This document shows, in pieces, positions 37,196 through 49,280 of a stretch of DNA of 64,000 bases. A program made the position numbers and the translations under genes. The notes under the pieces were generated by a model. The model saw only the letters and a list, made by a program, of their open reading frames with translations, was not told the origin of the DNA and ran no database searches. Positions within the stretch are counted from its first letter, which is position 1. Each line of letters starts with the position of its first letter. Source of the DNA: Lophium mytilinum (lineage: Eukaryota). The DNA is taken from assembly GCA_010093605.1 (NCBI GenBank), contig MU004185.1:2253334-2317333 (forward strand). Direction: 5' to 3'.

Positions 37196-38055
37196 GCTCA
37201 GAGTGCTCTCCGGCTTACTATCCTGCCGTATTTTATTATGCGTCGCCCTCGTGTTAAGTTAGACTACATGCATCGCCTCATCTACTGCTTATAACCTTAT
37301 TCGATCTGGCCGATATTCTTCGGCCTTTCTTCTTACACTATATCCTCAGAAAAGCTGTAATTGAAGGACTATTTCGTAGGCTCTGTGCTGAGTAATCATG
37401 CTCCTATAATTATGACCAGCATTGCTTTCATACTGGGTTGAGTCACTAAACTGTAAGAATTCCTCAGCGGTAGCCTGATTGAAGGAAAAGGCCGCAATAT
37501 GATAAAATTTATCAAGTCAATCGAATTTTACCTACAACCCCGTTTGATTGATATCCGCATCCGCTTTTCATAGATACACAACGGCCCGATTATTATCTTT
37601 GGAGTCCTTGCAAGTTGGAAATAATTGAAAGGACTATCAAGTGGTCAGCGTTGCGGCAGCGTTCTCCCTCTAATTTAAGTGGCCTTGCACAGCGTCAAGC
37701 TAATTTCGCAATCTAGCTCCTTATCAGCAGTAGTCAAAGTTCATCACCGACCTTCCGATCTATATGTGTAGGGGGATCTGATTGGCTTGTCTTGATAGTA
37801 ACACTAATATAGTCACGTGATCTACAATAATTAAAAATAGACCTAGGTAGCAGCGCATACCTAGGTTCAAGTTTCAGAAGTCGCCAAGCACTGCGCCGCA
37901 ACAAGTACTGCCACTGCCTGCAACCCCGACGAGAGATCTGTCCCCATTCTTCCATACAAAAATGCTCATTTCACTCGCGTTTGAGCATGCCACATTTTGA
38001 TTCGATTCCAGGAACTCACTTCTTCCGCACGGCTTCTTGGCATATTGTCGCTACC

Positions 38056-39450
38056 ATGTCACTTCTTGTTCTGCCAGACGACATGTTGAAGGAAGTACTG
38101 TCGTATTTTGAATTCGATAAGACTACCCTTTCGAAACTCGCACTACAATGTCACCGACTGAACGCGTTGGTTCCTGCACACATGTTTCGATATTTGGAAA
38201 TCTCGTCTACCGGCCAGCTTCAATTATTGGAACGGAGCTTCCAGGAAAACTCTGACCTCACCCGCCATGTCCGTGCATGCATCGTCCTCTCTCCTGACGA
38301 ATTTGGAACTCTCGGAGACCGGGTACCTAAGGCACTATCCCGATTTCCCAACTTGCGAAGTTTTAAAGCTCAGCGCGCTCTTCAATTTCAGGATCGTGAC
38401 GCGCGGGGTCGAATCATGATTTCGAGATATCGTTATGAGGAACCCCTTACGCGCCCTGGCATCTTTGAGTGCGACTTCATCGAAGAATTATACCACTCCA
38501 ACATTACCAGCGTTCACCTGAGTACCAACTTCAATATGACGGAAATTTGGCAGTTCCTCCTCCTTAATGGTCTTCACACCCTCCGCGCGACCAATCTGCA
38601 TTATCTGACCGCTCAACCGATCGATTTCGGCGAGCCGGGAAAGATGTCATGTGTCAAACACCTCGAACTCACCGGCGGCAAGTTCTGGAGCTCGCGGCCA
38701 GATAACCTTGGAAATCTTCTTGAGCGGACTCCGATGCTGCAACATCTCAAGTGTTCTCTTACCGAAGGGCGTTCAAGACCGGGTGTTCACGATATCAGGC
38801 CTTTAGCTCGTATGATTCAACACCTGCGTGTTTCCCTGTTAGCAAGGGCTCTGGAACGAGTCAAAGAATCCCTAGAGGTCCTAGAATTAAGCTCAGATAT
38901 GCAGGGCACCGGCATTGGCCGTACCAATGCAAGCTTTGATTTATCGAGAATGAGCAAGCTGAAAAGGATTGAGGCGCCATCCATCTGCTTCTTTCACATA
39001 GGTGGCCCTACTCAGGATAGATGCCGATTATGCGAGCAGCTGCCCATGGGCTTAGAAAAGCTTACAGTACGTATAGACTCTGATCTCAATCTATTTATAG
39101 CAGTTATTTCTGTCCACATGGCCCATTCTAACCGAGATGCTTAGATAAACTTCCATTCCGACGCCGGTATATTCCATCATCCACCCAATTTCAGATCACG
39201 AAATACCCCTTGGGCAGACATACCGCCAGGCAATATTGAATGGCTGTTCCATTGGGCGGATTGTCTCTCGTCACGGCTTCCGAATCTGCGTTTAATTAAG
39301 CTGCGGGAGACAAACACGGTGCTTTCGCAAGATGAGTGGTTGGACAGGGATATTGTTGCGTGGGAGGTGCCGGTGCCTTTGACTGAAGCTTTTGAGCGTT
39401 CGGGGGCGAAGCTCGAAGTCTGGCTGAGGGCAACTGTTTCCGAGGAATAG
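38056..39450 (+). CDS. F-box protein with degenerate LRR-like region (2 exons)
   Basis: MSLLVLPDDMLKEVLSYF..L.KLAL.C.RLNALV..H.FR.L; LxxLxL repeats; LP.GLEKLT|I; intron ~39067-39144. Confidence 0.8.
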
Positions 39451-39800
39451 ATTTGACTAGGTGACGAGACTTGGTCTGCCCTCTAATCGAGCGAGCACGC
39501 TCTTCCTCTCAATGCTTAGCGTAATTCTACCAACCAACACCCCGTCATTGTACACACACGTTGCAACAATGCTTCGAATCCACCAACATCTTGTCCATGT
39601 TTCGTATCCATCATTGTACACACATCGTTTAGTATTGTCTCGCCTCTATAAGTGTGATACTTTAGCAGAAAGGACAGGCTACAAACTCACTCACCAAAGC
39701 TGTTGAACGCGCCTTGGAACTGTTCTTCCCAATTCAACTTCCTACTGCTTCCAGGTACGCCAAATCGAGCACGACACAGAAGACTCTTACTTACTCGAAG

Positions 39801-40757
39801 ATGTATCAGCGCTCAAAAATGCCGGCTTTGCCAACAGGCTACATCGCCATACTAGAAGCAGGGCATGGCTGCAACGGTTACGCCGTCTTCTCCCTTCCCG
39901 CAATAGTTCTTGACTCAGCTCTTGAATCAGCGACTGACGATGATTTAGGGGGACTGAAGTCCCAGCTCTGCGTCGTGAAGGTCGCAACTTCGCACTCAAA
40001 ACGAGCACTCGCTGAAGAAGTGAGCGCTTTGAAAGCAATACAAGCGTTGAAGGGGCCCCTCAAAAATCGATTCGCTACTCTTGTAGATGAAGGGGGGGTA
40101 TACTCTGCCGGTGTGTGGTTCGCGATGTCCCCAATTTTCGGAATGGATTTGGACAAATTTGTTCAGCCGTACCTCCAAACAGAAAAGGTTGTTCCTAGGG
40201 AATTGGTCTTCCACGTATTCCTCCAACTTTTTGAGGGCCTCGCGTATCTTCACAGCCAAAGTCCGCCAATCTTTCACAATGACATTTTTTCGGGTAACCT
40301 AATGCTAGACTGCATGCGGCAAGACTTCCCGGGATTCCCAAACGTCGTACTGATTGACTTCGGGAATGCACCGTCCCAAGGCTCCAAGATCCCGCCCGAA
40401 AGCTTTGCGTCCATTGATTGCTGGGGAGCCTACGATGCACTCTGGAGGCTGACATTGAAGGGCGTTACTGAGCCCAATCACTTTGCCGAGACAGATCGCG
40501 AATGGGTAGACTTCGTGACCGAAGTCCTTCACAAGAAGCGAGCCTGTAGCAACCCCCAGGATCCCGGCCGTGGTACAACTGGATGGGAACCCCATTTCTT
40601 TCCTGAGAAGTTCAGGGACGTTGCTGAAAAGCGGCGGGCTAATACACCACCTGAAGTGTTTAAAGAGGTCCAAAAAGGCCTTCAGATGAAGCATCTTGAA
40701 GAATTGCTCGAGGATAGACTTCTCGCGGCGCTCGAATTGCACCTTCTGAAAGAATAA
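39801..40757 (+). CDS. Atypical protein-kinase-like protein, paralog 1 (intronless)
   Basis: AGHGCNGY, CVVKV, EEV, HNDIFSGN, PNVVLIDFG and DCWGAY motifs. Confidence 0.85.
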   Translation: MYQRSKMPALPTGYIAILEAGHGCNGYAVFSLPAIVLDSALESATDDDLGGLKSQLCVVKVATSHSKRALAEEVSALKAIQALKGPLKNRFATLVDEGGVYSAGVWFAMSPIFGMDLDKFVQPYLQTEKVVPRELVFHVFLQLFEGLAYLHSQSPPIFHNDIFSGNLMLDCMRQDFPGFPNVVLIDFGNAPSQGSKIPPESFASIDCWGAYDALWRLTLKGVTEPNHFAETDREWVDFVTEVLHKKRACSNPQDPGRGTTGWEPHFFPEKFRDVAEKRRANTPPEVFKEVQKGLQMKHLEELLEDRLLAALELHLLKE

Positions 40758-41308
40758 ATGGCTTCTTGGCTTGCTCATCTCTTTTCAATTACGTTCCGAG
40801 CTGATTTCAACTACTCTACTCTCGATTCAGAATGAATCTAAAATCTGAAGCTGGCTAGCTCCAGCTTCGCTAAATAGCCAGAAACATACTCTTCTATTTC
40901 AACACTTTCCACTCATTTGCATATTAGAAACGCAACTACTTCAAAAATCGCTGCAATGACCCTCTTCCACTCTCACGTATCCACCATCTCGTCAGACCTA
41001 CTCTTTTCTCTCACAGGAAGAAGTGCAAAACAACCAGCGGCGAGGCACGCATGCCAATTTTGCGAAGGCGAAGGCCGCGAAGGCCCAGATCATTGTGAAC
41101 CGTACTCAGCATTGTTCACGTAAATACAAGATGTTCCCACATTGTTCATACATTATTCACTTTGTCATGCTTCAACGTATAAGTCCCAACTCTCCTGCAA
41201 ACTGAGTGTCACAATCCCCAACTCGAAGAAACCCCAAGGCATTTAAAGGAAAACTGTAAGATTCTCGCCAACGCTTCTTCAACTTTCTCAAAGGGTCCTA
41301 ACGAAAAG

Positions 41309-42265
41309 ATGACAGGCTACGAACTCCCAGAAGTTCCCCTACCAGAGAAGTACCTGCCCATTTCCATAGCGGGCGAGGGATCGAGAGGTTACACATATTT
41401 CTGTATCCCCTCCAAACACGCAACGATCTCAACAGCTAATGAGATAGACCTCAAGTCCCTACGGGCAAAGATCTGCGTCGTGAAAGTAGTCGCATCTCGC
41501 AGAAAAGATGCACTGGATAGAGAGGTAGCCACTCTGATGGCTGTCCAGTTGCAAGGCGGCTCCCTTGCAAAACGTATTGTACAAGTCCTTGACCTTGGGG
41601 GCGTCGACGAGTTGGCTGGGCCATACTATGCTATGGCACCAGTGTATGGCAAAGACTTAGGTGCCTTCGTCCGTTCGTATGCAATCCAAGAGAAATCCGT
41701 ACCCATAGAGTTCATCTGGCACGTCTTTCTCGAACTCTTCAGTGGTTTAGCATATCTTCATAGCCAACGGATCATTCACGGCGACTTATGTACGGGAAAC
41801 GTGATGTTTGACTCCTCTCGTCAAGACTTTCCTGGACTTCCCAATGTAGTCATCATTGACTTCGGGAGTTACGAAGTTCCTACGGGAAATGAGGAGGACC
41901 TTAAGGAGGAGATGGCGTCCGACGCGTGGGGGGCTTATGATGCTGTTCATCGGCTGACGTGGACAGGCTACCAGGAGGCGGAGCTTGATCCGGAGCGTGA
42001 CCCAGATTGGGCCAATTTCGTCAACGGACTCAACGATATGAAGCGCGCATCTGGTAATCTTGCTCGAGGATTGAAGGGTTGGGAGCCAAAAGATTTTCTT
42101 TCGAGGTTCCGGCATATCGCTGCGGAACGCCGTAAGGCTACGCCTCCAGAAGTTCTTGAAGAAGTCCAGGGAGCTCTGAACCTAAAGGAGATCCGCAAGA
42201 CCCTCGACGAGAAGCTGCGAGCTGCCGTTGAGTGGCACAACCTTCAACTATGCCTCGAGCCCTAA
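41309..42265 (+). CDS. Atypical protein-kinase-like protein, paralog 2 (intronless)
   Basis: AGEGSRGY, CVVKV, REV, HGDLCTGN, PNVVIIDFG and DAWGAY motifs. Confidence 0.88.
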   Translation: MTGYELPEVPLPEKYLPISIAGEGSRGYTYFCIPSKHATISTANEIDLKSLRAKICVVKVVASRRKDALDREVATLMAVQLQGGSLAKRIVQVLDLGGVDELAGPYYAMAPVYGKDLGAFVRSYAIQEKSVPIEFIWHVFLELFSGLAYLHSQRIIHGDLCTGNVMFDSSRQDFPGLPNVVIIDFGSYEVPTGNEEDLKEEMASDAWGAYDAVHRLTWTGYQEAELDPERDPDWANFVNGLNDMKRASGNLARGLKGWEPKDFLSRFRHIAAERRKATPPEVLEEVQGALNLKEIRKTLDEKLRAAVEWHNLQLCLEP

Positions 42266-43001
42266 GTGGCCACCCTTTCCTAGTGTCCTTTCTTTCGCCT
42301 TGTTTTCTTCCCTTCTAGTATGTTCGGTCTGAAGCGAATTCAATCGATAGAGCTGGTTTGATACCGCCTCTCTTTGGTAAGCAAAATATCCAACCGATTT
42401 CATATACCATTATTGCCTGATCCGAAGCACATTTACGTTTTGTCTATTTACTTGCATCTATCATCATAGAATCTACTTGTACAATCTCCCTTCATTATGA
42501 TGCTAAGAACCCCCCGCGCTAAGAAGAATCCATTATTTCGGTATAGACTTAATATATCGTTATCTTTCGTTTACTTCTCTTGAGAAATCATACCGTATAC
42601 TCTACTGAAGTAACATAATTCGTTCCTTGACTGACGTTAGTCACTAACTTAATATAGTAACTTAATGATAGAGATAATGTAGTAGGAGGTGTTACGTTGT
42701 ATGGTTCTATTCCTCCAGTCTTGGTCCCATTTGCTCAGCCTTTCTACGTGTTACTCCAAGCACGACCAAACTCAACCGAGCAGCCTTGCGCCCACTTGCT
42801 CAATCTTCGCTAAGATTGATTCGAGCTGATTCGACCCACGTGATTCCTGCTGCATTACTGTGCCCCGCACATCATCACTACATCCTTTGAAGTCTACCGT
42901 AAGCCTCGACCATCCTTTCGTGCCCTTGCTAGGTCCCTATTACTTGCCGCCAGTGCCATTCCTAATAACAAGAACCTCCCAACAACCCAGTTGGCGACGG
43001 C

Positions 43002-44304
43002 ATGGTGCCGTTACCAATCACAGAGGATTACTACCTAGTCCTTGAAGTAGTGCAAACCGCTACGCCCGAGCTAATCAACCGATCGTACAGACGGCTGGCG
43101 CTGAAGCTCCACCCGGATCGGAACGCCAAGCACGATGCTACGGAAGCCTTTCAACTAGTATGTTGAGTTTCAATGGTCAAGCTATTTCTTCCAACTATTT
43201 TTAGGCTGCGTGTGCTGAGATCAAATGTTGCAGCTCGTGCAAGCGTACGAAACGTTGAAGGACGAAAACAAGCGCCGAGCTTACGACCTTATTTACCCGT
43301 CTATAACACGAAGTCGCCCCTCTCCTCAAACCACGCAAATACCACGTTCACCTCCCGATTGGTCGGCGCAATCTGAAGCACTCAGCGAAGCGGCGCAAAT
43401 CGCCGCGTTTCAAAGGTCGAAGCAGGAACGTGGTGCACGATGGTTGACCAAGAAGCGTGTCTTCGACTCGTCGATATCCGAGCTACAGCGAGACATTCGG
43501 CGGTTGGAGCAAGAAATCAGGAATTTGGATAGTATCGTAGCTGCTGAGGCGAGGGAAGAGGCACAGAAGAATAGTTGGGGAACATGGCTGTTGTCACCAC
43601 TATACAAGAAGGCAGAAGAGAGTGAGGATGAGAAGGCGCGCAAGGATAGGGAGAGGCAGGAGAGGAGAATTGAGAAAGATATGAAGGAAAGGCGACTGGG
43701 TCCAAGGAAGGCGGACTTGGAGAAAGAACAAAGTCTATTCAGAAAGGCGAAAGAGGAAATGCGTGCTGCAGATCTGATTGATGATACGAAGATACGAGTT
43801 ACTCAAGATAGGATGTACGCTAGAGAAACTCGGGAGAGGCAAGAAAGGGAGAAGGCGGAAAGAGAGAGGGTAATGAAGATTTGGAAACAACAACAGGAGC
43901 AACGGGAAAAGCAAGCGCGGGAAGCGGCAGAGGCATTGAGACAACAGCAGGCGGAGAGACGAGCAGCAGAATTGAAACGGCAGGAGAAGGAGGCTAGAAA
44001 GCGGCAGAGAATCATTGATGAACATGATGGAACTAAGAGATTCCGGGAGCAACGCGCACATCGCAACGTGCCCAAGGGAAGCACCTCGACCTGCCGCCAT
44101 GGCGGCTGGTGGCCGAAAGTACAAGGCCGTACAACATGCCCGACGTGTGATGAGATATGGACCTTTCTGTTGCAGTGCCCGGGCTGTGAGATGAGGGCGT
44201 GTCCGAGATGTCAAGCTACAATACGGCCGGTGAGATCATATCGAAGAGCCCCTCCGGAGGTGAGGACTCCGAGCCCAGATTTTGATTACTACGACTGGGA
44301 CTAG
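43002..44304 (+). CDS. J-domain (DnaJ) protein with coiled coil and C-terminal Cys/His zinc finger (2 exons)
   Basis: [44 protein letters not shown]-terminal CRH..W..C..C..CPGC..CPRC. Confidence 0.9.
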
Positions 44305-44749
44305 TCAGATTTGTGAACGAAAATGGGATATGGAAGTTGATTAGATTTGACTTCGGCGTTAGGAAACCTTTCTTTAAATGTATTGAGATTTACTTAGTTA
44401 GGCCACTGAGCTCCTCAGGCTAAGGTCTCGAGTTGATCTCGGGATGCCTCGAAGGCCCAAAGCCTCAACTATTAGATACCAGCAACCTCATTAGGCACTA
44501 TATATGGCCCTTATTTGCTTATAATCTTGCTCCAAGTTAGCATTGTCCACCTACATTCACTTATTTCAACAATGTTGAGCAACTGCTTTCACCACTGACA
44601 TGATTTACATGAAGCATAAAGTGCCATCTCTTGCAGAAGGGGACGATCGGAACCTCAAAGACCACACCACGGACCCAGTTTCCAAGCAGAAAGCCCGTGC
44701 CCACGTTTCCCTGACTTTCATTACTTTCGACAAGCCAACAGTCAGAATC

Positions 44750-45736
44750 ATGGGTTTCCGGCCGATCCGCAATCCGCTGCCGAAAGACTATATCGGCGTC
44801 ATGAAAGCTGGTGAGGGTGCCCAAGGCTATACATACTTCTGCGTTCCTAAGCACGCGCTCGAGTCTTCGACTAACCATGAACAAAAAGCAGAAACCTTGA
44901 AGGGCCAGCTCTGTGTCGTCAAAATAACGAAATATGTTCACGATACAAGGGAAGTCACCGCTATGAAGTGGATCAAAGAACTCCGTGATGCGCCCACCAA
45001 CCGTTTCGTCGGTCTCTTCGACGAAGGCGGGCTCGATGAGACTGCCGGCCGATGGCTCGCCATGTCTCCGATTCTCGGGCCCAGCTTGAGAGAGTTCACG
45101 ATGCCATACTCTCAACCCAGGAAGTCCCTTCCGATGGAGTTCGTGTGGCACATCTTTCATCAAGTATTTGAAGGAATTGGGTATCTCCATAGCCGAGATC
45201 CCCCGGTCCTTCATGGCGATTTCTATGCGACTAACATCATGCTCGATCCCATCCACCAAGACTTCTTTGGCTTCCCGAACGTCGTGATAATCGATTTCGG
45301 GTCCGCTAAAATCCTCCACCCTGACGCGCTCTTTGGTCTCATTGGGCCGAAAGAACTTCACGCTCGAGATGCATGGTCAGCCTATGATCTAATATATAGG
45401 CTTACCTCGATGAGCATCGAGAAGCCGGTGGTGGGTACCCTAGCTGATCAGTGGGAACAGTTCACTGAAGCGCTGGATGATATGAGGTTGGCCACTGGTC
45501 TGACTGGCAGCACACAGGAGGATATCGAGGGGTGGGAAACCTATCTGTTTCTTGAGAAATGGAAGAAGGTTGCTGTTGAAGCTCGGGGTAAGACGCCTCC
45601 TGAGGTATTTGAGGAGATTGCGAGCGGGTTGAAAACTACCGAGATCAACGAGAAGCTCGATGCCAGCTTGCAGGCCGTTGTTAAGCGGCATGGAGGAGGG
45701 AAGCCAGGAATTCATCAAATTTCCCCCTCTGTTTGA
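44750..45736 (+). CDS. Atypical protein-kinase-like protein, paralog 3 (intronless; likely start MGFRPI)
   Basis: AGEGAQGY, CVVKI, REV, HGDFYATN, PNVVIIDFG and DAWSAY motifs; start inferred by alignment to paralogs 1 and 2. Confidence 0.85.
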   Translation: MGFRPIRNPLPKDYIGVMKAGEGAQGYTYFCVPKHALESSTNHEQKAETLKGQLCVVKITKYVHDTREVTAMKWIKELRDAPTNRFVGLFDEGGLDETAGRWLAMSPILGPSLREFTMPYSQPRKSLPMEFVWHIFHQVFEGIGYLHSRDPPVLHGDFYATNIMLDPIHQDFFGFPNVVIIDFGSAKILHPDALFGLIGPKELHARDAWSAYDLIYRLTSMSIEKPVVGTLADQWEQFTEALDDMRLATGLTGSTQEDIEGWETYLFLEKWKKVAVEARGKTPPEVFEEIASGLKTTEINEKLDASLQAVVKRHGGGKPGIHQISPSV

Positions 45737-45942
45737 GCTCTAAGCTCACCACCGCGATGACACCTCCAGTTTTTCTTAGATCTTTGATTATCACGCTCAA
45801 CACATAGAATAAATGAAAACCATGGAGTCGGTCGCATCCGACCTCGCCCTATCTCGAAAACAAATCTTCATTATGCGTGTATTTACCGTGACAGTGACAT
45901 TCACATAAACTAAATCTTCATACAGTACTGATAGCCATGGCT

Positions 45943-47426
45943 TCATCCTTTACGAATAAAGCACTTCAGCCCCTGTCTCTTCCCCATCTCTCGCAGCTCT
46001 TTGTGATGCTCCTCCTCCATCCAATACGTCGATCCCCAGTGCCTGCACTCTCGCAGATCCAACAAGACCTTCCCCAGCTGAGGAGTTGCATCCCTCCACT
46101 CTCCGTCGAGGAAAGCCTTTAGCAGCGCCATGAGCGGCTCTTCCGCCCATTCCTTGATACTCGAATCCCACAAATTGTCGTAGATAACCATACACTTGAT
46201 TATCGGAGGTAAGACCTCCGCAAACCATGATACACGATCTAGGATAGCAGCATTTTTCGCAAGACTATCATCCGACTCGGATTTGATCCAATAGCACTTG
46301 GGCATGGGACCCACAAGAATCGGCAACGGAACGTGGATACAAGATAGAGCGGTAAAGTCACGCAAGAAGCTGACGGCATCGATGGAAGCCGAGTACAAGA
46401 CTTCGTACTCGCTATCACTGACTCTGCACTTTATTATGAGATGTATGAGAGTGCTGCGGAGGTGATGTAGTCCCTGCTGCAGCTGATCTAGCGCTAGATG
46501 GCCGTTTCCGTCCAAGCGAATGCAAAATCCAGCGAGGTAAGGTTGGGTGCCGATCTTATTAATTTGGCAGCATCCTCAATAGGCGTCGGCCCCTCGCTGG
46601 CGAGATTTAGCCTGGTAAGATTGGCCGCGACTGGCGGGTGATGGAGTGCTCATTCGCATCGCTTTTGGCAAGCTGCGGAAGAACTACACCTCTGAAGATA
46701 AGCTTGACAAGCTTTGGTAAATAGAAGAGAAGAAAAAGACTCTCCGTGCAGGTGGGGAATAGCCCTAAAAAGTTGCGTATGAGCTTCGGAGCCCACACTA
46801 CTACATGTTCTAAATGATCGAAAGTAGACAAGTTCTTCATTTCGCGAGGAACGGTTATCGCGTGTTGTAGAATCGCAGTGAACCATTCATTGCCGTGGAG
46901 AAGAAAGTCGATAGCGATCTTGAGAGATCTGAGGTGTTGTGCATCGCGCCAGTAGCAGCGCTATCATCGCATCTAGGTCGTTGTCATGCGTAATCGCTTT
47001 CTTCCTCCTCTTTTCTTGTGGTAATTTTATCTCTTCAATTGCTTTCTCAATCAAAGTTGCTTCCATTTCGCCATTCGTAATCGGCGAATGACTCACGACC
47101 CGAATGTTGCGTAGTTTCAACCTACCGAGATCCGAATTCTCTTCATTCACCTCGTCATCCCAATGGTTCGCCGCGTTGACGACCAAATATTTGATGAATG
47201 AGGCATATTCTGGATGCTCTAGTATTGTTCGTATCAGGCAAATAATCTTCGGAGTCTCATCGGCCTCTTGAATATCCCAGAACATGTGGAGTTTATGGTA
47301 AAGAGTTGGAATAGCCGCCGCGTGCAATTCCTTACAAGTCTTGGAGACGCTCAAGACATCCCATCGTTCTATCTTAGCGAACACTAAGTCTTTGAGCTCG
47401 TTGGGGATGTTGATTAAAGACGCCAT
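45943..47426 (-). pseudogene. Frameshifted F-box/LRR-like gene
   Basis: MASLINIPNELKDLVF..VSKTCKELH.AA.P.LY; the reading ALLLARCT/HLRSLKI needs a frameshift near 46937 and another near 46660; fragments 46887-47426, 46607-46840 and 45943-46515. Confidence 0.75.
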
Positions 47427-48064
47427 GGTCGAGGGTGATTGAGGTGCGTGTGTGATGTAAAAGCGATGAAGCTGAAGGTTGCCTGAGAATTGGTCACGTG
47501 GTTAAAGAAGTCTTACTCCGAAACACATACTATACCTTTGTAGGAAAAAGAATTAAACCTTTGATTACGAGTTTGAGTAATACGAGCTACTGTAGCCCGA
47601 ACCTTCGATCCGATCTGTGATACTCGTAGCTCGTTTTAGGCCGTTGAAATAAACCTGCGGGAGCAAAAAGATTTGCCTTTTTCGAAGTCGCTTAGGGAAG
47701 TGGTAAGCTCTTACAAATCCAAATGGTGGATCTACACCTCGTTCAGATGTTTCCAAACATGTCGTGAGTCCTGAAGCGGTGAGAATATACTCGCACATAC
47801 CAAGCACAAGCAGGAAAGACTGGATTGCAAGTCGCTCATGTGAACTTGATTCAGAATTGTACAGAGAATTCCAGCCTTTCATATTGCTATCGCAACCATT
47901 GGCTCACGACTCCTGTCACAAAGTCCTTCATCCACAGTATTGCCTACCCCGCCTCGCAATCATCCTTACAGTATCTCCCAGGCACAATGCTGTGACAGTC
48001 CAACTCATAGTCAAAGGTCTTCCACAGTCTTGATGATCTGGAGCACATCGTGATGCTTGGCAGT

Positions 48065-49280
48065 TCACATTGGATCCCCGGCTACGGCTTTGCTGTCAAA
48101 CATGGCGAAGTAGTCTTCGTGCTCCGGCGCCAGTATGACCAATTCTCGCAGGCAACTCTTTACGGCTTTCCCAAAATTGACGGTGGGATGGCAATTGAAG
48201 TGTCTGTGGGCGCGGAGAATGTAAAGCGATTTGAGCTGACCAACGAAACTATTGACGCTAACTTCGTCCCAATCCATTGCGTCATAGGTCGGAATTGGCC
48301 AGATGCCCACCGAAGAGAGTCCCTTGAGAAGTGATCCTACGGCAATGCTATCACAGGCACGAGCATGTCGTTCGGAGCAATCATCGCAAATGGCTGCGCC
48401 TCCGCTTCCGGAGAAAGAGTTGACGTGGTCGGAGCAAGTCTTAAGAATCTTTTCGAAGGCGGTCTTGCGGACTCGTGAGAGAATCTCCCCTGCTTCCGAT
48501 TAGTCTTGTAATTTGTTTAGAGGAAGACAAAACATAGTGTTTGTTTTCGTTCTGGGGTTACTCACGTTGAACGGTTGCTCCAATGCCATCTCCCGCGAAG
48601 ATCGCCGCTGTCTCAAGTACGTCGGGGAATTCAAGGCTGAAACGGCGAACGAGAGCCTCAAACGTCTTACGATATCCGAAAACCCATGATATCCATAACC
48701 ATGCTCCATACTCTGGCTCAAAGATCTTGTCCGTGTATGGTGCAGCCCAGGTCCGGAAGAAAGGTCGAACAAGCTCGACAGCTTTTTCGTAGTGCGAGAC
48801 TTCACCAATGTCGCATAGCTGAGGAAATTCAAGAGCATCGGGCAGTACATTGAATCTGCTATGCGCGATATTGAGGAGCGTTACAACAATCTCTGCGTAT
48901 TTGACGTTGGGAGTACGGATCGTCAACTTTTGCCGTTGTTTGGAGTCTTGCTTCAGCATCAATGAGTTCCATTTGGAGCTCGCTCGGCGAACGCAAGATG
49001 ACGATGCCAGAGCACGAATTTCGGTGTCTGCAAGGTCTAGTGGTTGAATTGTGACATGAAGATCACCTTCATTGTCAAGCTGGATAGCATCCGGCTCTTC
49101 GAACTCTCCGGGACGTTTGGTCTCATCGGGCTCGCCGGGCTGTTCAGGCTGCTTCAACTGATTGGGCTTCTTAGGTTGCTCGGGTTCCAAAGGCTCCAGT
49201 TCTTCGTACTCGCTTGATCTGGCCATTGCGCCTTCGTCGTCCACGACCAGATCCGGCATGTTGTTCTTTTTCTTGGCCAT
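48065..49280 (-). CDS. Fungal BTB/POZ-like protein 1 (2 exons)
   Basis: LDNEGDLHV..SSSCVRRASSKW..LLNIAHSRF..LP..L..VELVRPF..W..WL.ISWVFG; exon 2 has C...CDSIAVGSLLK..H..C. Confidence 0.8.

Noticed and set aside
44561..45361. 266-aa minus-strand ORF
   Set aside because: Antisense to kinase 3, with no equivalent full-length ORF opposite the paralogs.
47565..48030. Possible relic of a further BTB C-terminal exon (CDS..KG..IQSFL)
   Set aside because: Similarity is too weak to support by eye; needs TBLASTN.
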